Positions 54,296 to 64,000 of a DNA stretch of 64,000 bases are shown one piece after another (the stretch's first letter is position 1; the number at the start of each line of letters is the position of its first letter). A program made the position numbers and the translations under genes. The stretch covers positions 103,046,001 through 103,110,000 of the forward strand of contig NC_087472.1 in the NCBI RefSeq assembly GCF_036321535.1, read 5' to 3'. Origin of the DNA: Camelus dromedarius (lineage: Eukaryota). The notes beneath the pieces were generated by a model. That model worked only from the letters and a program-made list of their open reading frames with translations, searched no databases and was not told the origin of the DNA.

Positions 54296-57200
54296 CTCTA
54301 ACCTAATATTAAAAGAAGAGTCATTTTCCTGTATTTTATTCAAGGCTATGGAAACAGGCTTCGAGAAAGAGCATATGTTCCATATTTCTCTTTAGTTCAT
54401 TCTTGAGGACTTTGGCATTGACAGCTCTATCTATTTGAAATGATTTGATTCACAAATCCTCAATATTTTAGGCCAGTTTTCTCCTCAGAACAACTTTATC
54501 TTAGGAGATGCAAATTCACAAACTCTAAGCATCTTTTTTATACTTACTGTGATCTTCTGCACTGATTCAGCACTGAATTCCATTGCAAGACATTTTTATT
54601 TAATAAATTTCAAATAATATATAGATTGGCTAAAGGAACACTGTACAAATCCATAGTACAGTGTTAACACTAACAGAATTCTTATCTACTTCATTACAAT
54701 ATTTAAAAAATGTATCTAAGTAAAACCTGCTCTAAAGTAAAATGTAATAATAACCTTTATTACATTCTACCTCAAGATTCTGTCCCTGGAAAGAAAATCA
54801 TCACTGCTTCTGGAATTTACTTCCTGGTATCAAAAGAATATGCTAATAGTTCTATTTCTTGACTTATGTTAGATCTTATCTATTTTCTTACTGTTACTGC
54901 ATGAGGATTTAGCATTATTTCAACATCCCCTCACCTCCGTCCTCCATATTCTCAATATGAACATACTACAATTTTTACTTAAATTGTCAGTGTTTAATGA
55001 TGAGCCGAGAGTGTACCCTCACACCCTGTTGACACCCTCATGCTAATGTCCTCTCCTTTATTGTCCACGTGGGTCTATACTCTAAACATGCCTCTTTTTT
55101 TTTCATTTAATGGCATTTTGAGAAGGAGAAGAGATAAAAGCATATGGCCATCACACATTTAAAAGGAAACTAAAACTATTTTTGAAAACTTATAAAAGAT
55201 AACATATAAAGTCTCAAAAATTTACTGTTAGAAAGTAGAATCTCTATTTCACCCTCACCTCTCGCATTTAGCATAAAGAAAAACTGGGCACTTATTTTTT
55301 AAGAAACAAGTGATGTTAAGTAGACTTGTTGTGATCATTTTGCAATATATATAAATATTGAATCATTATGTTGTATACCTGAAACTAATATAATGTTATA
55401 TGTCAATTATATCTCAATAAAAACATAAATAAAGAAAAAGCAGATTACCAGAAATACTTCAATTCTTCCCCTTCTGAACACTTGGGACATGGTTATCATT
55501 CTTATTTCAGGATAAATCTGTTCTTCTCTCTTCTGACCTTGCGGAATTTTCCTTCATCTATCTGGGCCATTGAAACCTGGGAAACATCAGGCAGCCTTGC
55601 ACCATGAAACTATGTGTTCTTGTTCCATAAGAAAGAATTTTGTAATAAATGTCTCCTGTATCAAAAAAAAAAAAGTATAAAATCTGATTGTTACTTTTTT
55701 ATAAAAACAATTTTTGTACCATCAATTAATAACAACCAAGAAATCAGGAGCACCCAGACAACAAAAGCAGAGGACTAAAAAAGATACCCTATTAACATGA
55801 CACATGAAGAAGATACTAGATGAGAAGAACCGGGTATATAACAAAGCCCACATTTTGGAAATTGTGGGACTCAGAGTCAAGCAGTTAATTACCAACAAAG
55901 ACAATAACAGTGCTTCTTTTGTCTTTCACGGTGAATGCACAATTAGCACTTAATACTAAGACTGGGGAATAAACCATCTATAATCTACTGAAAAAGACCA
56001 TCTGCTTCTATAAATTTTGTTCTTACACACTTGCCAAAAGAAGAGAACATATTAACAAAATAATGGGCCCTGCACTGTTAATTGCTAGTTGTTTGCAGTT
56101 GTGCTGTTGCTATTAGAATTTAATAAGCCATTCCTTCTGCTAAATTAATAAGCAGCCAAGATTATGTAATAGCTGCTTTCAGCTGCTAATTATTTTTCCC
56201 ATAATTCCTTTTTCTTCCTCCCCCAACCCCCACCTTTTCTTGGCTAGGCACACCAGAGACTGCCAGTGTCATGAGCAAGTCTCACATCCTCGTTTTCAGA
56301 ACCACAGACCAACATTAGGAACATAATCAATGAACTTAAACTTAGAGGTAGTTATCTCAAGAACCTTGAGGACATATGTGTTTTGTACAGAAAAAGAGAA
56401 AAGCAGCATTTGGAGTCAGAGGGTGAGTTTTCATTGCATAAAATTAGATCTATCTTTGATTGGCTAATGGCATTTGTTTTACGTAGTCAGGGAGAAATGG
56501 GACATTAACATGTGCCTCTGAGGCATGATTGGTCAGGCTGCAGAGAGAAATTTGGGCAGGGGGACTAAAGACCTACAGTAAACCAGCTCTGTGCTTTGTA
56601 TTCACCACTTCTTTAATATTACAGTATATGTTAAGCATATATGTACGTAGGAAAATTTCCAAGCAGCACAGTAGTGCTTAAAAGAGGGAAGTATTATACA
56701 TTTTTATTTTGCCAAAGAAGGGCATTAAAAATGCTCCCAAATCCCTGTTATATACTATCTTAGTTTTAAAGATATTTTAACACACACAAAAAGAACACAA
56801 TCCCTAGTAAAGGATCCTTTTAAATTGATTAAATTTTAGCTTCATGAAAAAGTTAGCATCTTTTTCCCTTTCGGCTGTTAAAAAATTCTGGCGACTATGT
56901 TTGGGAACCTCTGCAAAAAGGGCATAGCTTAACAAAAGCAATTTCCTAGCTTCCTTTGTAAGAACCTAGGTGACTAGGGTAATGAATAGCATTCTACACG
57001 AGAAACCCGTGACTGTTCAAGCAAGGTCACTTAATCCCTTGGGGCCCCCCTTCCTCATCTGTAAAAGATGAGTCGGACTAGATGATTCATCCATCCTTTC
57101 ATTCAAAAACATATAAACATCCATTATGTGCCAGACACAACGGCTCCTAACAAATCTATCGTTTTATACTCATCAGTCAACTCACATTTATTAATGGTGT

Positions 57201-57879
57201 TATACACCAGGCAGTGACCTAGGTTGGGATGCAAAATGAATAAAATTCAATGTGCTAAATAGAGGCTAATAGGCATGTAGGTGAAAGAGGGATTCGTTCT
57301 TACAGGGTTTGAGGGTGAGGCTTCATAGAAGATGTGACATTTGAGGGCAAGGGCATGCCAGGCAGAGCAAGTCGTCGGCAAGGCTAAACTGGAACCCAGG
57401 CGGCTGTGGGGGAGAAGGGGAGCGACTCCGAGTGAAGGAAGCGGGATCTTGAAGATGAGCTATTGTCTGAGCTTTTCAGCAGAAAACGGAAACTCCTCAG
57501 GTCCGCAGCACTGAGGATGGGCGAGGCAAGCCCAGTGAAGAGACACTTGCACAGCTTGGGGTGAAAGGTGACTAGGGCTGTAGCAGTGCGATAGGAGGGA
57601 CCGGATTCCGGGCAGTTTTGAGGCAAAATAATTGCAAAAGCCCTCTGAACGTGTGCAGGAGCTCCACGAAAGAGCTGACTTGTTTTCCTCAGAGTTGCAG
57701 CACTCCCTCTCCCCTCACCAACGTCACCGGTAATCACACCGTCCCGTCCCACCCTCTTGGGGCACGCAGTTATCGGAGCTCGAACGTGGCTCTTGTCTGT
57801 CCAGACCTTCCCTGCCCCGCACAGAAGGGTCGACAAAGGGCACTGAGAAACTATGCCATCTCACCACTAAATAGCTGGG

Positions 57880-58800
57880 AGAACCGCGCTCGCGTCCCTA
57901 AGGCACGCGCAGGAGTGCGCAGGCGCGCCGGCCCCGGCATAAGCCGCTTCCGGCTCACGTGGCCTGGTTTCCGGTCTCGGACCACCCTTCTCGGTAGAGA
58001 TGCGGCCAATCAGCTTCCTTGGATTCTGCGGTCACCTGAGCTGCCTGCGGTGCCGTTGGCGACGACCGCACGGCTTCCAGCGCGCCGCCCAGCCCGCCCC
58101 TCTGCTCGCCGCAGCCCCGGCTCCTCCCTCGTCCGGCCCCCAGGGCGGAGTCTGTCGGCTCGCCCTCCCCTCGCTGCCTAAGCCTTCCCTCCGCGAACCG
58201 GCTCCCCTCCCCACAGCAACACGGCTTCCCTTCCTCAGCTCAGCGACAGGGGCTTGCCCTCAGCCGCCGCCGCCGCCGGCCAAGCCCCGCCGCGCTCGCG
58301 GCCCGCGGCCGCCGTAAGTCCCGGGAGGCGAGTGGGGGCGCCGGGGACGGGGACCAGGGAGGGAGGGTCGCGAGAGCTCTCCGCCGCCCCGCCAGCGCCC
58401 GGACGACCCCACCCCGAGCTTGCCCGCCCGGCCCGCCACTGGGGCACGGCGCCCCAAAACTCACTTCTCTCCGCGTCCGTTCCCCTCTCCGCTCGGCGCC
58501 GCGCCTCGGGATGCGGAGGCCAGTCTCGGACGCTGCGGCGGCCCCGCGGCACCTGTGGTTCGGGAATCACCTCAAGTTTTGCGGCGTATTTGCGGGAGGG
58601 GTTGGCGGCGGGGGGCGGCGGCGGCGGAGCACCCTGGGCGCCCTCTGCGCCGCGACGGTTGCCATTGTCTGCTCCGCTCCTTAACTGTCACCTCGCCCGG
58701 GCTGGGTCAGTGATGAAGTGCGGCCCCGTGGGGCAGTGGCGGGGCATCGGAGACGGCTGGACCGAGAAACGCTGGCCCCGAGCCCGCTCCGCGGCCGAGC
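57880..58800 (+). promoter_or_regulatory. CpG island / TATA-less promoter of AP1S2
   Basis: Very high GC and CpG density. NRF1-like TGCGCAGGCGC 57916-57926, ETS CTTCCGG 57947-57953 and TTTCCGG 57968-57974, E-box CACGTG 57956-57961, CCAAT 58006-58010. Confidence 0.88.
58060..58313 (+). other. AP1S2: AP1S2 exon 1 (5' UTR; start approximate)
   Basis: GC-rich exon inside the CpG island ending ...gcggccgcc, followed by consensus donor gtaagt (58314-58319). Intron 1 would be 58314-60480. The TSS cannot be fixed from sequence. Confidence 0.8.
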
Positions 58801-60480
58801 CCATTGTTTTTAATACCAATCTCGAGGAATTGAGGTGCCCTGTGATTTGTAGCAAAATCGAAGCATTCATTGGTTTTGAACTAGAGGAAAGGAATACTTG
58901 TGCCTTGCGATCGCGTATCGTCCCATGTTAATATATAATTTGTTTTAAGGAGAGTGAATTGTTTATTCGTCCTACAATGTGGGCGCGGGGGGTGGCACGG
59001 ATACAGGACCCTGCTACAGACTGCCTTGAGTCCATACTCCTTTCGAAAGCAAACCCCCAGCCCTCCTGGTCACCGAGATCCTGAAATACGAGTCTATTTT
59101 TTTCCAAGTTCTGGTAACGGGTTTGCATTGAACGTTATCTAGTTGATGCTTTACTTGCTGTCCCCTTCGAATGCTGCTACCTTAACAGGACTTCTGTGTG
59201 AGGCACTTTGATATCATGAATATTATTCGTTTAATTCGTGCCAGTGATGCGTTTTAAGTGAGGTGTAATAAGCCACTTTTAACTTTAATGAAGTTAAATT
59301 GTCGCATCGTAAATTTCTAAATATCTTATTGATGCCCGTTTGGATCATTACAAAGGGCGACGGTAATTTCTTAGCGAGATTTAGGGCCCATTGTATTCTA
59401 AACTGATCGTGTAAATTCCCCCACCCCAATTCAGTATGGTGTGGTGAATATTAAGAGTCAGGCTGGAATCTTACTTGCAGTAACACTATTAAAGGAACTT
59501 AGTTAGAAGAAAAAATATATATATCTGAATTCTACCTTTAAATTACCTTTGGAGGAACAATGCTTATCTGTTTGCAGTTGAGAAGACCGATTGAATTACA
59601 AAGAACTTTCTTTAAATTTGAACATGTAGGCTAATCAACATTTGCAGATTCCAAATAAATATATACAAAATAGTTTGTGTAAAATACACTAGAATTCAGC
59701 ATCCACTCCAGCTGTAGATGCTGTTTTTTATCGCTTTAAATGAAGCGTTTCATGTAATATCTGAATGTGTGTAGCTCTTATTTCAGCTTTTTAAAGGTTT
59801 ATATTCTCTTTGGTAATATTAACTCACTTTATTATGTGTATATTTATGTTGGAATTTTTTAAAAGTGAGATGAGAAGGGATACTTAAATCAGGCTTTTAT
59901 TAAGAAAAATGTGCATTTGTGAGTCTTTTTTGGTTAATAGTTTAGATCTTTTGTTTTGCTTGAAATATGTAAGGATACACTGAAGAGAGCATTCTAAGTG
60001 ATAGCTGATAGCTGTCTGTCTACAAGCAATTCGGTTCGGAACTAGAACAGCGTGTTCTGTTTAGGGTGAAAAATAGTAGATCTGTTTCTTTGAAATGCAC
60101 CTAATCCAGTAGATGTTAACAATTCTCTTTTGATGCATATACAGTCCTGTAGCACAGGTGCACAATAGTTTCTTAAATTGCAAGAATTATCTTTCTTTTT
60201 CCTCAGAATTTTCACTTAAACTTTTGCCTGTTCCCTGCGCTCCCCCCCCCCCCCAAACTTAAATGGAACAGGGTCGTGTTGGGAGTTTTACATCTGGCGA
60301 GAACATCTTTCTACAAGAATTTCCTGGTATTTTAACTGGCATAGAAATATTGATGGTTTCTCATCATTTGTTAGCTAAATGCCCTGTTCCCTAAGACTTG
60401 TCTATGCAACTTGTCATCTTAATCTTAACTTTATTGAATCAAAGTATTGCCTGTAATCTTGGTTCTATTTGTCTTAACAG

Positions 60481-60659
60481 ATGCAGTTTATGTTGCTTTT
60501 TAGTCGTCAGGGAAAGCTTCGACTGCAGAAATGGTATGTCCCATTATCAGACAAAGAGAAGAAAAAGATCACAAGAGAACTTGTTCAAACCGTTTTAGCA
60601 CGGAAACCTAAAATGTGCAGCTTTCTTGAATGGCGAGATCTGAAAATTGTTTACAAAAG
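60481..60659 (+). CDS. AP1S2: AP-1 complex subunit sigma-2 (sigma1B), first coding exon (gene continues beyond the window)
   Basis: Translation [59 protein letters not shown](R) is the N-terminus of AP1S2. Acceptor ...ttaacag ends at 60480 and donor gtataa starts at 60660 (179-nt exon). Confidence 0.96.
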
Positions 60660-63600
60660 GTATAATTTTTATTTATCAGAAAGGTGAAATAGAATCAAAT
60701 GTTAAATCATTTATAATGTGGAAATTGCAGGCTTTTGAGGATGATATTTGTAAATAATGATTACTATAGATGAAATAAGCTTAAGGTAAAGCTTTGTATT
60801 TTTAAAATAACTTCTGTTTTGATTGTTCACCCAGGCTGCAACAATAAAATCATGGAATTTTTTAAACGAATTATATAACTAAAGGCATAAATGATAATTC
60901 ATGCTTAATCACCTTTTTTTTTCAATGAATTCATTTCTTTGCAGGGGAAACTAGGATCAGTATTTTAAATTGTGTGAGTAGTTCTCCGAATTTAGATAAG
61001 CATTTACCTCCCCCTACATCTTCCCACAAATCTGTAAAGTAATGACTGATGTTTGAAATGCCTTTTTATCTGACTTGTAGAATCTCTTACTTGCTTATAA
61101 ACAGCTTGGATACATAGACCATTTCAATCATAGATGTGTAAAAACTGGATATATACAGGATCTGTTCGTTAGTAGTGTTTATTAATTTGAAGTACACTTG
61201 TTACTGTGGCGGAGGTGTGATTAGATCTGGTAGATAGATAATTTTGCCAAGAACAGATTTTTAAAATTTTGATGTTGCAAAATGACTCATAGATTGGCTT
61301 TGAACAGTAAGCTTTTTAAAAAATGTTATACATCTTTATTGATATCTGAAACTTTTTAATACCTTAAAATAAATTTTTTAAGACTGTTCTAATCAGGTTA
61401 AAAGAAATAGAATTACTTTGTTTCTTCCTCACTCCTGTTCCTGTATGAATAATTTACTGAATTTAAGATAAGAATGTTTCTGCATATAAAAAATTCTCTC
61501 CTTTGGGGGGTTTGCAGGGAAGTAACAGCATGGGCTGCAAGGACAGTCAAAGAGAAGTCTGGGTTTTAACTCAGCTTTCCTTTAACCACTCTGGTATGGG
61601 TGGGGTTTGTGGGGAAGATGGCAGAGAAAGTCATGAAGACTATAGGACATCTAGAATTTTTAAAATACCAGACTCCTCTTTACAATAGAATGAATTTAGT
61701 CATCTTTGGGTGATTTTGTATTTGCTGAGAAAAATCACAGCATTTTAGAGCTGGGGGATGTCAAGTGACTTTTTTTTTAAGCTTTTTACCCCAAGGATAG
61801 AGCCTTAAATGAAACCAGTGAAAGTGGAGGTGCTAGTGTGAAGTCAGGACTGCATGTCTACTCACTTGGCTTCCACCCTCTGTCTAGGAGATGATTCCTG
61901 AGTTTGAAAACCACTTCTGTTGATCAACTTCAGTTTTATTAGAAACAAACAAACAAAGGAGAACTGGGGAGTGTCTTGTCCAAGATCTGATGCTAGTAAC
62001 TGGCATAGGGGCCAGAACTCAAATCTTAACCCTGGAGGCAAAGATTGAAAAGAAGCAGATTTGCATTTCTTTAAAGATCCTGTAACTGGGAAATGGGTGG
62101 AGGGCAGGCTGAGACTGGCTCCTGGGGATCTGTTAGGAGACTGCATTGTCAGGAGGTCCTGAAGGAAGACCTCTGCTGTGGGCTCAGCAGGTGGAAAGAG
62201 CTGTTGTAAAGTAAGTTTTATAAGACTTGGTCACTGCTAAAAGCAGTGAGGGTAGTGAAAGGAGGAGAGGAGTGAGGTGATCCCACATTTCTGGTTCAAC
62301 TGATGGGGTAAATGGTGAGCTAGTAGAAAGTTGACTTTGAAGAGCCCATGTGACTTCCATTTGCAGATGCCTAATTTCTCAGGGTGGGTATAGGCATGGA
62401 AGTCTGGGGGGAAATTAGGCATAAATTGTTAGATCACCAGCATTCAAGCAGCAGGCAGAGGGGGAGAGGATAAGTATAGGGTCAGTCACATTGGGGAAAG
62501 GGAGAGAGTTTAAAAAGTAAGGTCACCAGTGCCAAATATTGCATAAAGTTCAATTAAACTGAAGAATCTATTAGATTTTACAGTGAGCATTTCACAGAGT
62601 ACCCTATCTGAACATTTCAGTAGAGATGGAATTCTCAAAGAAAGGGGGCAAAGTGTGAGTGGAGACATTAAAACAGCAAGTGTAGACTGTTTGGGGGAGC
62701 TTTGCTAAGAAGGACAGAAGAGGTGATAACCACCATAGACAGGAGTGGGAGACAGGGTTAAAAAAACGGCCTGCGAGACCTAAGCTTATTTCTAGGTAGG
62801 GGAAGGAGTCCCTCGTGTGGAGGAGGAAAATACCAGCAAGGGAATCGATCCCATGAATCAAGATTCCTGCAGCTGAAGGAAATGGCTTGTTAAACAGAAG
62901 GAAAGAAAGCGCTAGTTGGTGTTCCTGTTCACAGCATTCAGCCCATTCATGTTGGACAGGCCGCTGCTTTTTCTTTTAAAGGCTATAAAGGGTAATCTAA
63001 CCTGACTCTTACACTTTCATCAGCTCCTATAAATAAAGGTTCACTAAAAAAAAAAAAGCTTTACTTAGATAAAGTTTACATACAAAAGTTAGAACTTGTA
63101 ATCAGTTTTCCTATGCATCCCCAATTTCATACTGAAAACCTCATCTATAGAACTTAAGGACGTATTTTTTGTAGATAGGAGCCGGTGATTTTTTTTCCTC
63201 TAGTCCAGCTGGAAGAGAAGATCTTTTAAGCAAAAGAATTTCCACTTAGCTCCTGAGAAATTCTGAACTAGCACTTTTGCTGTTCGTATCAGCAAGTGAT
63301 CTTTATGTCTGCCTTCCTCAAATTGTCTCATCCACATTTTTCATCCCTGAGCCTTCCACATTACAGTTACCCATCTTGGGGAGGGAGAGGTGACGGGCGG
63401 GAGTAAGGATAATACAGCTGGAAAAACAGACTGAAAACTTGGGGACTTGAGTTCTGTTTCTCTGGGCCATTAGCTAGTTTTGTGACTTTGAGCAAATCAT
63501 TTTGCCTTTGTTTCCTCATCTCTAAAATAAATGCTCTTGAAGATCCCATGAAGACAGAAAATGCTATGCTTTTTTGATTCCTATTTTGTGTAGCAAGTTA

Positions 63601-64000
63601 TAGATTACAGTCTTAATACATATAACTACAAATTACTAGCTTTCAATAGGTCTGAGAGTACTATATTGATTTTCTTTACTAATAAAAGAATTTGTAATGA
63701 CATATACCATTGGAATATTGAGAGCAGTTTGGTTACACTCACCCACAGTCAGCTGATATTTAGCTGACTGGAGAGAAGTCATGTGTTTTGAATATAAGAA
63801 TAGGCACTTTCAGATGTTCTCTGAGTGCCAGTAATTAGAGTAAGCCTTAATCTACTCTGCTAAAAATAACCAGACATACCTTTCTTCTTACTGGTCTATT
63901 ATTAATTTTACTTCAGATTTAGACTTACAAATATGCACTAAGAAAACAAAATGAGCTCATTACTGAATTTTTAAAAACCACTTGGTTCTAAAAATAGAGA

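Noticed and set aside
57384..58931. Long overlapping ORFs (150-225 aa) on both strands
   Set aside because: Expected from stop-poor CpG-island sequence. They are low complexity and run through the exon 1 donor.
60660..64000. AP1S2 next coding exon (YASLYFCC...)
   Set aside because: Not found. The remainder appears to be intron 2.

Overview
Mammalian genomic DNA, probably a camelid (four Vic-1-type tRNA-derived SINEs), covering ~58 kb of repeat-rich intergenic sequence upstream of AP1S2, then the AP1S2 CpG-island promoter, exon 1 and first coding exon (+ strand). The main feature is a 5.4-kb, internally deleted class I (gamma-like, HERV-E/ERV3-related) provirus at 6831-12218. It has paired 474-bp LTRs, a 4-bp TSD, a tRNA-Thr PBS, decayed gag, pro, an integrase tail and env TM. 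Its capsid gene carries a 227-bp fragment of host ataxin-7 (ATXN7) coding sequence, including the CAG/polyQ tract. The fragment is joined by microhomologies, which looks like retroviral transduction of a cellular mRNA. The provirus sits in the 5' junction of a truncated L1, has asymmetrically diverged LTRs, and contains a small hydrophobic ORF between pol and env. Family names and protein identities come from recognition of motifs, not from database searches.
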